NCBI GenBank assembly: GCA_030532385.1
Contig: JAUNLG010000002.1
Coordinates: 28,992 to 92,991, forward strand
Source: Anaerococcus sp.
GTDB taxonomy: Bacteria; Bacillota; Clostridia; Tissierellales; Peptoniphilaceae
DNA length: 64,000 bases
Direction: 5' to 3'
Part shown: one piece after another, positions 1 through 9,710 of the stretch
Numbering within the stretch: the stretch's first letter is position 1
Layout: every line of letters starts with the position of its first letter
The notes under the pieces: generated by a model
Database searches by the model: none
What the model was told of the DNA's origin: nothing
What the model saw: the letters and a program-made list of their open reading frames with translations, nothing else
Program-made: the position numbers and the translations under genes

Positions 1-188
1 TAACAGTAAGGTTTAGGGTTAATAATATTTATCAAGGAAAGTCTATATCAGTTTACCTTGATGATGATAGGATCCTTCATAGGAAGAAAAAAGCCCTAGC
101 TCCAGGAGAAATGCAAACTATTATCTTAAAGAAATCAGATATTAGTGGCAAGGACATAGAAAAAATTGAGATTAGATTGGAGGATTAA
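1..188 (+). CDS. 3' end of an NAD(P)/FAD-dependent oxidoreductase (partial, begins before the window)
   Basis: Open frame from nt 3 (TVRFRVNNIYQGKSISVYLDDDRILHRKKKALAPGEMQTIILKKSDISGKDIEKIEIRLED) to TAA at 186-188. The APGEM tail is typical of the oxidoreductase that precedes DUF1667 genes. It abuts the next start codon. Confidence 0.65.
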   Translation, partial: TVRFRVNNIYQGKSISVYLDDDRILHRKKKALAPGEMQTIILKKSDISGKDIEKIEIRLED

Positions 189-548
189 GTGGAAATTCGT
201 GAATTAACCTGTATCAACTGCCCTATAGGATGCCAGTTGACAGTAAAAATGCAAGATGACCAAGTATTAAGTGTAAGTGGTAATAATTGCAAGCTTGGCG
301 ATATTTATGCAAGAAAAGAAGTGGTAGACCCAAGGAGAATTATAACTTCTACAGTAGCCCTTGAGGGAGGTCATATGCCAACAGTTCCTGTAAAGACAAA
401 AACGGATGTACCTAAGGGGATGATCTTTGATATAATGAAAGAAATAAATAGTCTTAGGGCTAAGGCTCCAGTTCATATAGGAGATGTCTTAAAGGAAAAT
501 ATATGTAATACAGGAGTTGATTTAGTCGCGACAGCAGAAAGGAAGTAG
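189..548 (+). CDS. DUF1667 family small Cys-containing (metal-binding) protein
   Basis: CINCPIGC and GNNC motifs; GTG start after GGAGG; lies between two FAD oxidoreductases. Confidence 0.85.
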   Translation: MEIRELTCINCPIGCQLTVKMQDDQVLSVSGNNCKLGDIYARKEVVDPRRIITSTVALEGGHMPTVPVKTKTDVPKGMIFDIMKEINSLRAKAPVHIGDVLKENICNTGVDLVATAERK

Positions 549-550
549 CT

Positions 551-2023
551 ATGTATGATGTCTTGATCATAGGAGCTGGGGTTACTGGAGGATCAGTTGC
601 AAGAAGACTTAGTCAATATAAGCTTAAAGTCCTATTGTTAGATAAGGAAAATGATGTATCTATGGGGGCAAGCAAGGCCAATTCTGCTATAATCCACGGA
701 GGTTATGCAGAAAGTCATGATGAACTTAGGGGGAGGCTTTGCTATCCTGGTAGGGCCCAATTTAGAAGGCTAAATGAAGAATTAAATTTTGGATTTTTGG
801 AAAATGGATCTCTTGTCCTAGCCTTTGATGATGATGACCTTAAAGAGCTTCACAAATTATATAAAAGAGGCAAGGAAAATGGCCTTGATGATATGAAAAT
901 CCTAAACAAGGATGAGCTTAAGCAAATAGAGCCAAATGTATCTGATAGTGTAAAATATGGACTTTATTGTAAGGGGGCAGGAGTTTGTAGCCCTTATGAA
1001 TATGTCATAGCCCTTTGTGAAAATGCAGTAGATAATGGGGTAGACCTTAAGCTTTATAAGGAAGTTGTAGGTATCAAAAAAGAGGATGTTTTTGAAGTTA
1101 CCTGTAAGGATGGGTCAGTGTATAAGGCAAGATATGTAGTAAATGCCTCAGGTCTTCAAGGAGCTCAAATATCTTCTCTAATAGGTAAAACAGACTTTAC
1201 AATTCATCCTAGAAGTGGAGAATATCTTCTAATGCAAAAGGGGACAGGAAGTAAGGTAAACCATGTATTATTTCAAACTCCAAGTGAGAAATCAAAGGGG
1301 ATCCTAGTAACAAGGACCTACCACAATAACCTCCTTTTAGGTCCAGATGCCATAGATGAAGAAGAGATAGACAAGGGAACCCACCTTGATAGGTTGGCTG
1401 AAATTTATAGGTTAGGGCAAAAATCTGTAAAGGATGGGACCATAGAAATAAATAAGTTTATTAGATCATTTACAGGACTTAGACCAGCAAGTTCTACAGG
1501 AGACTTTATAATAAAAGAAAGTAAGGTTAAGGGTTTTATTAATGCAGTAGGAATTCAATCTCCAGGCATAACAGCAAGTCCTGAAGTGGCAAGACTTGTA
1601 GTAGAGCTTTTAGAAAAATCAGGACTTAACCTAGAAAAAGATGAGAATTTCAATCCTTATAGGAAAGCAATTATAGAATATAAGGAATTAGAAGATTTTA
1701 ATAAGGTTAAGGATAAGATAGACCTTCCTTTGGGAAAAGACCAAAGACTTGTTTGCAGGTGCGAGCAGGTTAGTGAAAAGACCCTAAGAGATGCCATGGA
1801 TAGGTCAACACCTGTAAATTCCTTTGATGCCCTAAAAAGAAGAACCAGGTGTGGCATGGGCTTTTGCCAGGGAAGTTTTTGTAAGGGCAGGGTCCTTGAA
1901 GTAGCCAAAGACCATATGGGAGTAGATCTTCCAGTAGAAACTGATATAGAACATTCTGGAGTGACTAGGGTGAATAAAAAAGATATAGTAGCTTATATAA
2001 AAGAAAAATCTAAGGAAAGTTAG
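551..2023 (+). CDS. FAD-dependent oxidoreductase, GlpA/LhgO-like, with C-terminal BFD-like [2Fe-2S] domain
   Basis: GAGVTG dinucleotide fold, SKANSAIIHGG, C-terminal CRCE...RCGMGFCQGSFC. Confidence 0.85.
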   Translation: MYDVLIIGAGVTGGSVARRLSQYKLKVLLLDKENDVSMGASKANSAIIHGGYAESHDELRGRLCYPGRAQFRRLNEELNFGFLENGSLVLAFDDDDLKELHKLYKRGKENGLDDMKILNKDELKQIEPNVSDSVKYGLYCKGAGVCSPYEYVIALCENAVDNGVDLKLYKEVVGIKKEDVFEVTCKDGSVYKARYVVNASGLQGAQISSLIGKTDFTIHPRSGEYLLMQKGTGSKVNHVLFQTPSEKSKGILVTRTYHNNLLLGPDAIDEEEIDKGTHLDRLAEIYRLGQKSVKDGTIEINKFIRSFTGLRPASSTGDFIIKESKVKGFINAVGIQSPGITASPEVARLVVELLEKSGLNLEKDENFNPYRKAIIEYKELEDFNKVKDKIDLPLGKDQRLVCRCEQVSEKTLRDAMDRSTPVNSFDALKRRTRCGMGFCQGSFCKGRVLEVAKDHMGVDLPVETDIEHSGVTRVNKKDIVAYIKEKSKES

Positions 2024-2048
2024 GCGCTTTAAAAGCGTCTTTTCTTTT
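2022..2048 (+). terminator. Rho-independent terminator
   Basis: AGGCGCTT/AAGCGTCT stem followed by a T-rich tract. Confidence 0.65.
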
Positions 2049-2107
2049 GCCAGCAAATTATTAATGGAGGGATTAATATGATATAATATTTTCAAACGAG
2101 GTGTTTT

Positions 2108-2944
2108 ATGGAAAGAAAATGTTATGCAAAAATCAACCTGACTTTAGACTCACTTTATAAAAGAGATGATGGCTACCATGAGATAGATACAATTATGGCT
2201 AGGATCTCTCTTTTTGATAGACTTATAGTAAATACAAACGAAGATAATAAGTTTACCTATGAATCTAACACAGATGAGCTTGGTAGGGTTGAAGATAACT
2301 TAATTTATAAGGCTTATAACTTACTTAAGGGAAGAGTTAAAAATAGGGGAATTGATGTTAAGCTAATAAAAAATATTCCCCTAGCTGCAGGTCTTGCAGG
2401 TGGATCTACAGATGCTGCAGAAATGATTAAAGCCCTAAATATTCTTTGGGACCTTAGGATGGATAAAAAAGAGATGATGGACCTAGGGGCAAGGCTTGGG
2501 GCAGATATTCCCTTTTTCTTTTTGGAAAAAACTGCAAGGGCTAGGGGGATTGGAGAAATTTTGACTCCATTTACAAATAAGCTTAATCTTAAGGTCTTAT
2601 TAGTAAATGATGGCACTGAGATCTCTTCAGCCTATGTTTATAAAAACTTAAAGGATTATGGATTTATTGATAATGAAAGAATCGTAAGAGATTTAATAGA
2701 AGCTAATTATGGGGTGATTGATAAATTTTCTAATGTGATGGAAGAAGTAATATTTGAAAAATTTCCCCACCTTCTAAAAATAAGGGACAGTCTTATAAAC
2801 TTAGGGGCAAGAAAAGCTATGGTCTCAGGGTCTGGTGCTAGTATTTTTGCAATATTTGCTGATGAAAAATCCCTAGAAGAAGCTTATGAGAAGTGCCTAG
2901 GCAAATACAAAACAGTTATGAAGGTGGATTTGATCGATGACTAA
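2108..2944 (+). CDS. ispE: 4-diphosphocytidyl-2-C-methyl-D-erythritol kinase
   Basis: AKINLTL...DGYHEI, KNIPLAAGLAGGSTDAA GHMP motif, GADIPFF, SGSG. Confidence 0.95.
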   Translation: MERKCYAKINLTLDSLYKRDDGYHEIDTIMARISLFDRLIVNTNEDNKFTYESNTDELGRVEDNLIYKAYNLLKGRVKNRGIDVKLIKNIPLAAGLAGGSTDAAEMIKALNILWDLRMDKKEMMDLGARLGADIPFFFLEKTARARGIGEILTPFTNKLNLKVLLVNDGTEISSAYVYKNLKDYGFIDNERIVRDLIEANYGVIDKFSNVMEEVIFEKFPHLLKIRDSLINLGARKAMVSGSGASIFAIFADEKSLEEAYEKCLGKYKTVMKVDLIDD

Positions 2945-3695
2945 TATAGGAGTATTTGATTCAGGCCTTGGGGGTCTTACTGTTCTTAGAGAACTTTATA
3001 AGCATACCAAGGCTAATTATTATTATTTTGGAGATACTTTAAGGGTACCCTATGGAAATAGACCCAAAGAAGAGATTGAGAAATTTACCTACCAGATAGT
3101 AGATTTTCTAGAAGACTTTGATATAGACTTTTATGTTATAGCTTGCAATACAATTTCTGTAAGTGTTTTAGATAAGCTAGAAGGAAAATATAAGAAGAAA
3201 TTTTTTCCTATAACAAAAGCAGGTCTTAGGGCTAGTGAAGATTTTAAAGGAGACTTTTTAGTGCTTGGAACCAAGGCAACTGTAGAAAGTCATTTTTATA
3301 AGAAAAATATAGAGAAAAAAACTCATTCAAGAGTCTATGAAGTTCCTGCAATAAAGTTAGTAGACCTTATAGAAAATGGTCAAAGTCAAGGAGATAAGAT
3401 AGACCAGGCCCTTAAAGAATATCTATCCTTGGCCAATGAAAAAAAGATAGAAAATATAATCCTTGCATGTACCCACTATCCAATAATAAAAGAATCTATA
3501 AAGAAAAACCTTACTTATAAGGCCAATATAATAAATCCTGCAAGTTATATATCTGATAAGCTTACAAGTGATTTAGATGAATCGAGGATAAAAATATATT
3601 TATCAAAGGAAAGTAGGGCTTCTAAAAAACTTTTGGCTAAGTTAATAGACCATCCTTATACGATAGATTATGTTAGGATTGGAGATGGTGATTAG
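2937..3695 (+). CDS. murI: Glutamate racemase
   Basis: IGVFDSGLGGLTV, PYG, ACNT and ACTHYP catalytic Cys motifs. Confidence 0.95.
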   Translation: MTNIGVFDSGLGGLTVLRELYKHTKANYYYFGDTLRVPYGNRPKEEIEKFTYQIVDFLEDFDIDFYVIACNTISVSVLDKLEGKYKKKFFPITKAGLRASEDFKGDFLVLGTKATVESHFYKKNIEKKTHSRVYEVPAIKLVDLIENGQSQGDKIDQALKEYLSLANEKKIENIILACTHYPIIKESIKKNLTYKANIINPASYISDKLTSDLDESRIKIYLSKESRASKKLLAKLIDHPYTIDYVRIGDGD

Positions 3696-3698
3696 GAT

Positions 3699-4538
3699 AT
3701 GGATAAGATTTTGGTAAAAATTTTTGCAAGTTTATTAATAATTGGCTTATTTGCTGGATTAATCCTTGTTATTAATGTAGGTAAGAATGATCTTTTAGGA
3801 AAAGATGAAAGCAAAACCCTTAGTGAAGATATACTAAGTGAATATTCAGCAGTTGACCTAGTAGAAGTCTTATATTCAGATGACTCTGCCTTCACTCAAG
3901 GACTAGAACTAGATGATGGAAAACTTTATATAGGCACTGGCCTTTATGGCCAATCCTATCTTGGAATCCTTGATCCTAAGACAGGTATAATTGATAAGAA
4001 AGTTTCTCTAGATGATAAAATTTTTGGTGAGGGGATAAGCCTTGTAGGTGATGAAATTTGGCAACTTACATGGAAAAATGGCAAAGTTTTTGTCTGGAAT
4101 AAGGATAGCTTTGACCTAGTAAAAAAATTCACCAATGAATATGAGGGATGGGGCCTAGCTTATGATTATGATAAGGATAGGCTTTTGGCAAGTGATGGGT
4201 CAAACAAGATCTTTATAAGGGATAAGAAGGATTTTTCTCTAATAAATTCCTTTTCTTTAAGCCTTTATGGTGAAGATGTTAATAATATAAATGAATTAGA
4301 GTATGCTAATGGTTACCTTTATGCTAATATATGGCATAGTAAGAAGGTAATAAAAATTGACCTTGATAAAGAAAAAATTGTAAAGGTATATGACTTTACT
4401 CCTATTTTAGATAAATACTTAAATGATGATGAAAAAGAGAGGGTAGATGAATTTAATGGCATAGCCCATATTAAGGATGATGAATTTTACCTTACAGGCA
4501 AGCTTTATCCAAAAATATTTAGGGTAAGACTTAAGTAA
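3699..4538 (+). CDS. Glutaminyl-peptide cyclotransferase (plant/bacterial type), N-terminal membrane anchor
   Basis: AFTQGL, FGEGI, EGWGL, SDGS, NELEY, ANIW, NGIA and TGK motifs; hydrophobic N-terminus. Confidence 0.9.
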   Translation: MDKILVKIFASLLIIGLFAGLILVINVGKNDLLGKDESKTLSEDILSEYSAVDLVEVLYSDDSAFTQGLELDDGKLYIGTGLYGQSYLGILDPKTGIIDKKVSLDDKIFGEGISLVGDEIWQLTWKNGKVFVWNKDSFDLVKKFTNEYEGWGLAYDYDKDRLLASDGSNKIFIRDKKDFSLINSFSLSLYGEDVNNINELEYANGYLYANIWHSKKVIKIDLDKEKIVKVYDFTPILDKYLNDDEKERVDEFNGIAHIKDDEFYLTGKLYPKIFRVRLK

Positions 4539-4679
4539 AAATATCCTATCGTTTGCCTAAGGTTTTTTGAAAATATTAGGAAAATCCTCTAAAATTTTTA
4601 CTATTAAAGTTAGAAATTTAGGAAAATGGGAAAAATGTTCAAAAATTGCCGAAATACCCCTGTTTTTTTCTTTAAAAGA

Positions 4680-4688
4680 TGTTATAAT
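4680..4688 (+). promoter_or_regulatory. Extended -10 SigA promoter (TGnTATAAT) for the M15 peptidase gene
   Basis: TGTTATAAT at 4680-4688, about 120 nt upstream of the ATG. Confidence 0.55.
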
Positions 4689-4808
4689 GTATATAAGAAT
4701 TTTAGCAATCTAAAGCGATTGTAGAGGATTGAAATATATCCTTATTTTGCAAAAGATTGCTTATCCTGTAGTTTTTACTTAAAATATTGAAATAAATAGG
4801 GGTAGGTT

Positions 4809-5804
4809 ATGTCAAACAGAGGTATCAGAGAGTTAAAAAGAAAGAAGAGAAGAGCGGCTAAAAAAAGAAGAAAGAAAATTTTCATAGCAGGTTTGGGTAT
4901 TTTGACAGTATTTTCAATAAATTACTTTACAAACCAAGAAGATGACTTTACCATTGGTAGGCCTAGCGAGTATAGGCAGGCTCTTGGAGCAAGTGAACTA
5001 AGTGATAAAGAAAAGCTAAAACCCCAAGGCCAGTTTAAAGAAGTTGCAAGTAGGATAGGCTTTGAAGATGTTGAAATTCCAGAGGGAAGAGCTTTAGAAG
5101 ATGATGGGTTTAAAGATTATTTACAAGGATATATTATATGTCTAAAGACCCAGTATGCCTACCAATATCCAAATGACTATTCTAAGACAGAGAAGTATAT
5201 TAAAGAAGGGGACTACCTTCCATACTACGGCAGCGAAAATGGATTTTCTAAAATTAAAATCGATGATTCCTTTTATTATGTAAATAGATATGGCCTAGCC
5301 AAGTTAGATGAAAATGCAGATGTAAAAGTTATAAATGGCATAGCCTTTGTCAATGAATCTTATCCATTGCCAGAAAATTTCAACCCTGGCCTTGATAAGA
5401 CAGCTTATCGTGCCTTTGAAACAATGAGGCAAGATATGCAAAGAGAGGGGCTTGATTTAAAGATTGGATCAGACTATAGGGATTATGACCTAGAAACTAA
5501 GCTTTATGAATCTGGCCATGTGGATAGCGATTTTCCATCTGAAAGCGAGCACCAGTTAGGACTTGCCTTTGATTTTTTCACTAAAGATGATAAGTATAGC
5601 GATAAGTTCCAAGCCAGCAAGGAGTATAAGTGGCTAAGTGAAAATTCCTATAAGTATGGTTTTATCGAAAGATATGCCAAGGGGAAAGAAGAGCTTACAG
5701 GCCATGCCTATACACCTTGGCATTTTAGGTTTGTTGGAGTAGGCCATGCTAAGGAAATTTATGATAATGACCTAACTTTGGAAGAGTACCTAAAAATAAG
5801 ATAG
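4809..5804 (+). CDS. M15B (VanY/LdcB-like) D-Ala-D-Ala carboxypeptidase family membrane protein with SH3-like domain; catalytic Glu absent
   Basis: Polybasic N-tail plus TM helix; SEHQLGLAFD (SxHxxGxAxD); YGFIERY; YTPWHFRFVG in place of YEPWH; LTLEEYL C-terminus. Confidence 0.85.
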   Translation: MSNRGIRELKRKKRRAAKKRRKKIFIAGLGILTVFSINYFTNQEDDFTIGRPSEYRQALGASELSDKEKLKPQGQFKEVASRIGFEDVEIPEGRALEDDGFKDYLQGYIICLKTQYAYQYPNDYSKTEKYIKEGDYLPYYGSENGFSKIKIDDSFYYVNRYGLAKLDENADVKVINGIAFVNESYPLPENFNPGLDKTAYRAFETMRQDMQREGLDLKIGSDYRDYDLETKLYESGHVDSDFPSESEHQLGLAFDFFTKDDKYSDKFQASKEYKWLSENSYKYGFIERYAKGKEELTGHAYTPWHFRFVGVGHAKEIYDNDLTLEEYLKIR

Positions 5805-5836
5805 ATTTGTTACTTGATTTTAAAAAAGGAGATATT

Positions 5837-6208
5837 ATGGAAATAATTAGTACAAACAAGGCACCAGCAGCAGTAGGAGCATATTCTCAAGCAGTTAAAA
5901 GCGGAGAAATGATCTTTACATCAGGACAACTACCAATAAATCCCGAAAATGGTGAATTAGTAGGAGAAATTAAGGCTGCAACCAAACAATCTTTAGAAAA
6001 TGTAGAGGCTATCCTTAAAGAAGCTGGAGCTAGCAAAGAAAATGTAGTAAAATGTACAGTATTCTTAAGTGATGTTAATGATTTTGCTGCTTTTAATAGT
6101 GTTTATGAAGAATTCTTTGGTGATCACAAACCAGCAAGGTCAGCCTTCCAAGTAGGAGCTATTCCAAAGGGAGCTTTAATAGAAGTAGAAGCTATAGCAG
6201 TTTTATAA
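5837..6208 (+). CDS. ridA: RidA/YjgF/UK114 enamine deaminase
   Basis: APAAVGAYSQA, SGQLP, PARSA, IEVEAIA; ATG at 5837 follows an AGGAG RBS. Confidence 0.92.
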   Translation: MEIISTNKAPAAVGAYSQAVKSGEMIFTSGQLPINPENGELVGEIKAATKQSLENVEAILKEAGASKENVVKCTVFLSDVNDFAAFNSVYEEFFGDHKPARSAFQVGAIPKGALIEVEAIAVL

Positions 6209-6221
6209 AAAAGATTTTGTT

Positions 6222-6246
6222 AAGGGAGTATGGTACTCCCTTTTTT
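6222..6246 (+). terminator. Rho-independent terminator
   Basis: AAGGGAGTA/TACTCCCTT stem plus T tract. Confidence 0.8.
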
Positions 6247-6253
6247 AAAATTA

Positions 6254-6278
6254 TGATTATTTGTAAAGTTTGGGTATA
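6254..6278 (+). promoter_or_regulatory. Putative SigB-like promoter TGATT-N13-GGGTATA
   Basis: Matches WGWTT-N13-17-GGGTAWA upstream of the peroxiredoxin gene. Confidence 0.55.
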
Positions 6279-6318
6279 AATACATATGAAGATATAAGAG
6301 AATCATTAGGAGGAAATA

Positions 6319-6771
6319 ATGACAATACAAGTATCAGATATAGCACCAGATTTTACATTAAAAGATCAATTCAAAAATGATATCAAACTATCAGACCTTA
6401 GGGGCAAAAAAGTTATACTTTCTTGGCACCCTCTAGCATATACTTCAGTATGTACTGATCAAATGAGATCTTTACAAAGAAATTACCAAAGGATCCAAGA
6501 AAAAGCAGATACAGTCATAATAGGCCTATCGGTAGATCCTTTCCCAGCTAAGCAAAAATGGGCTGACATCTTAGACCTAAAAGACCTAAAAATCGTGTCA
6601 GATTTCTTCCCATATGCTAAGGTTACCAAGGACTATGGTTTATTCAACGAAAATAATGGAGCAAGCCAAAGAGCTAATGTTATTATAGATGAAGAGGGAA
6701 AGGTTAAGTGGGTTAAGGTATATGAACAATCAACCCTACCTGATATTGAAGAAGTTATAGAGAACCTATAA
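6319..6771 (+). CDS. Peroxiredoxin (AhpC/TSA, 1-Cys AhpE/BCP-like)
   Basis: APDFTL, PLAYTSVC (PxxxTxxC), RANVIID. Confidence 0.88.
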   Translation: MTIQVSDIAPDFTLKDQFKNDIKLSDLRGKKVILSWHPLAYTSVCTDQMRSLQRNYQRIQEKADTVIIGLSVDPFPAKQKWADILDLKDLKIVSDFFPYAKVTKDYGLFNENNGASQRANVIIDEEGKVKWVKVYEQSTLPDIEEVIENL

Positions 6772-6781
6772 TTTAGCTAGC

Positions 6782-6815
6782 ATACCGGCACCAGTCCCTT
6801 GGTGTCGGTGTTTTT
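6782..6815 (+). terminator. Rho-independent terminator
   Basis: ATACCGGCACCA/TGGTGTCGGTGT stem plus TTTT. Confidence 0.7.
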
Positions 6816-6828
6816 ATAAGGAGAATTT

Positions 6829-8199
6829 ATGAGTGAACTTTCAGCAATAATAGAAAGCCAGAGGGAATTTTTCCTATCAGGCAAATCTAAAACCAAAAAA
6901 TTTAGGAAAAACAACTTACTTAAATTAAAAGAACTTATAGGATTATTAGAAGAGAATATAATGATGGCCCTTCATGAGGACCTAGGGAAGTCTAGGTTTG
7001 AATCTTATATCAGTGAAATATCCTTTGTAAAAGAAGAAATAGATTTTGCCCTAGAGAACCTAGATGAATGGATGAAGCCAATAAGAAGTAAAACTCCTAT
7101 CTCTGCCATGCCTGCCAAATCCTACACTCTTTATGAACCCTTGGGAGTAACCTTGATCATGGCTCCTTGGAATTACCCTTTCATGCTTAGTCTAGACCCC
7201 TTGGTAGGGGCTATAGCTGCTGGAAATACAGCTATTATAAAATGCTCATCAAAGAGTAAAAGTACTGGTAAGCTAATAAGAGATATGATAAATTCCACCT
7301 TTAGTCATGACTTTATCTATGTTGTCGATAATGAAGAGGTAAGCCATGAAGAGCTTTTATCCTTTGCCTATGACCATATTTTTTATACAGGAGGAAGTAG
7401 GGTAGGTAGGAAAGTTATGAAGGCTGCAAGTGAAAACTTATCTAAAGTAACCCTAGAGCTTGGGGGCAAAAGCCCTGCAATCATAGATAGGACAGCTGAT
7501 TTAACTAATGCTGCTAAGTCTATTGCTTGGTCAAAAACCCTAAATGCTGGCCAAACTTGTGTTGCCCCTGATTACCTTCTGGTAGATATAAATATCAAGG
7601 AAGACTTTATAAGAAAGCTTAAAAAGGCCCTCTTGGACTTTTATGGCTTAGATCCTCTAAAGTCTAAGGATTATCCAAGAATCATAAATGAAAGTCACCT
7701 TGATAGGCTCCTTGGTTTACTTGAAGGTCAGGATATTTTGATGGGAGGAGACTATGATAGAAGGTCCTTAAAGCTAGGCCCAACCATAGTTGATGGGGTA
7801 GACTTTGATAATAAGTTGATGGATGAGGAGATCTTTGGACCAATTATTCCAATAATAACCTATGATAATATTAATCCAATTTTATATAAGATAAAGAGAC
7901 TGCCAAAACCCCTAGCCTTTTACCTATTTTCTGAAGATAAGAGACTTATAGAAAAACTTATGTATAATATGGAATTTGGCAATGGTTGTGTCAACGAAAC
8001 CTTGATTCAAATAGCAAGTCCATATCTAGAATTTGGTGGGGTTGGCGAATCTGGTATGGGTGGCTACCATGGTTACCATGGCTTTGTTAATTTTTCAAAT
8101 AAAAAATCAATTATGGAAGCCTCATCTTTCCCAAGACCTGACATAAAGTATCCTCCATACGAAGATGGAAAGTTAAATATAGTAAAGACAATTTTATAG
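6829..8199 (+). CDS. Aldehyde dehydrogenase (ALDH3/YwdH-like)
   Basis: APWNYP, LELGGKSP, NAGQTCVAPDY, EEIFGP, FGGVGESGMG. Confidence 0.93.
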   Translation: MSELSAIIESQREFFLSGKSKTKKFRKNNLLKLKELIGLLEENIMMALHEDLGKSRFESYISEISFVKEEIDFALENLDEWMKPIRSKTPISAMPAKSYTLYEPLGVTLIMAPWNYPFMLSLDPLVGAIAAGNTAIIKCSSKSKSTGKLIRDMINSTFSHDFIYVVDNEEVSHEELLSFAYDHIFYTGGSRVGRKVMKAASENLSKVTLELGGKSPAIIDRTADLTNAAKSIAWSKTLNAGQTCVAPDYLLVDINIKEDFIRKLKKALLDFYGLDPLKSKDYPRIINESHLDRLLGLLEGQDILMGGDYDRRSLKLGPTIVDGVDFDNKLMDEEIFGPIIPIITYDNINPILYKIKRLPKPLAFYLFSEDKRLIEKLMYNMEFGNGCVNETLIQIASPYLEFGGVGESGMGGYHGYHGFVNFSNKKSIMEASSFPRPDIKYPPYEDGKLNIVKTIL

Positions 8200-8210
8200 A
8201 AAATATTATA

Positions 8211-8248
8211 AAAAAGATCTTGCCATACCTTGGGCAAGATCTTTTTTT
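8211..8248. terminator. Bidirectional terminator
   Basis: AAAAAGATCTTGCC/GGCAAGATCTTTTT hairpin between convergent genes. Confidence 0.85.
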
Positions 8249-8249
8249 A

Positions 8250-9467
8250 CTAGATTTCAGTATTTTTTATATCTTCTGCTATAACCCTAGCAAGGTCATC
8301 TAGGTTAGCTAGGTCTTCTTTTTTAACAGAGGAATTTATCTTTACATCTTCTCCTATATATTCGCATTTAGCTGGTTTTAGGATTTCTTTGGCAATCTCA
8401 AGGCTCCTACCACCCCAAGACCAGTTATTGAGGAAGGAAACTTTTTTATTCTTATAGCCTGTTCCAACTAATTCATTTAAAAAGGCTTCCATCTTATAGT
8501 ATAGGCCTGAATTGTAGTTAATTGGAGCAAAAACTGTATGGCTGAACCTGTGGCAATCAGCTATAGGATATGATGGATCCCAATCTGATACATCATATAA
8601 GACGATATCTTCTACTCCTAAATCTGCAAGCTTTCCTGCAAGAATATCTGAAGCTTGCTCAGTATCCCCATACATAGAAGCATAGACTATGGCCACACCC
8701 TTTTCTTCTGACTTAAAGGATGACCAGATTTGGTATTTGTTTACTATAAAGTCTATAGTTTCAGGATCTTTGTAAACTGGACCATGGAGGGCAAGAATAG
8801 CTTTTATTTCTAGGCCATCGATCTTTTTAAAGACATTTTGAACCATATTACCAAACTTACCAACTATATTTATATAATATCTTCTAGCTTGGTCTAGCCA
8901 ATCACCCTTGTGGATTACATGTTTTGCATCTATATTTCCCTCAATTGCATTAAAGGATCCAAAGGCATCTGCTGAGAAGAAGATCTTATCTTTTTTCTCA
9001 TAAGCCATCATAACCTCAGGCCAGTGAACCATAGGTGCAGTGATAAATTTGATAGTCCTTTGACCTAAGTCTAATTCATCCTGGTCTTTTACTTCAAAAT
9101 ACCTATCTTTAAATTCGTCATTATAAAATTGCTCGTAGAATTTGAAAGTTTTTGCATTTCCTACAAATTTGGCGTTTGGCCATTTTTTTAGGGCAGCTTC
9201 TATAGACCTACAATGGTCAGGTTCCATGTGTAAAACTACCAGGTAATCAAGGTCCTCTCCACCTAGGGCAGCTTCCACATTTTCTAGATAATTTCTAGTA
9301 AAGGCTGCATCAACGGAGTCAAATAAAATGTTTTTTTCATCTTTAATTACATATGAGTTATATGAAACTCCTCTTTCTATTTCAAATAGGTTTTCAAATC
9401 TAGTAATCCTTCTGTCATTGACACCTACCCAGTAAACATTATCTAATACTTCTCTTATATTATGCAT
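8250..9467 (-). CDS. fprA: Class A flavodiiron protein (FprA; O2/NO reductase)
   Basis: GVSYNSY, HMEPDH, HWPE, SADAFG and HG di-iron ligands; flavodoxin domain YASMYGDT and SWGG. Confidence 0.92.
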   Translation of the reverse strand: MHNIREVLDNVYWVGVNDRRITRFENLFEIERGVSYNSYVIKDEKNILFDSVDAAFTRNYLENVEAALGGEDLDYLVVLHMEPDHCRSIEAALKKWPNAKFVGNAKTFKFYEQFYNDEFKDRYFEVKDQDELDLGQRTIKFITAPMVHWPEVMMAYEKKDKIFFSADAFGSFNAIEGNIDAKHVIHKGDWLDQARRYYINIVGKFGNMVQNVFKKIDGLEIKAILALHGPVYKDPETIDFIVNKYQIWSSFKSEEKGVAIVYASMYGDTEQASDILAGKLADLGVEDIVLYDVSDWDPSYPIADCHRFSHTVFAPINYNSGLYYKMEAFLNELVGTGYKNKKVSFLNNWSWGGRSLEIAKEILKPAKCEYIGEDVKINSSVKKEDLANLDDLARVIAEDIKNTEI

Positions 9468-9608
9468 TTATACTCCTCTTTTCTCCTAATAAACAGGTTG
9501 TTTCTCATATTATACCAGTATTTTGACAAAGATACATACCTAAGTAACGATTATTATTATCATCAAAAACCAAAAATATAAAATTTATTTTATTATTAAT
9601 AAAAAAAG

Positions 9609-9634
9609 TGTTATTTTTTGTTTAAGTGGGTATA
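9609..9634 (+). promoter_or_regulatory. Putative SigB-like promoter TGTTA-N14-GGGTATA
   Basis: Motif upstream of the acyl-CoA dehydrogenase fusion gene. Confidence 0.45.
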
Positions 9635-9710
9635 TAAGAAAATGTAAGATGAAAACGTAATAAAAAAGAATTTCAAATAAATAAAATTTTAAGAAAAAAG
9701 GAGTATATTT

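Noticed and set aside
4809-5804. VanY-type glycopeptide resistance gene
   Set aside because: No van cluster nearby, and the catalytic Glu is missing.
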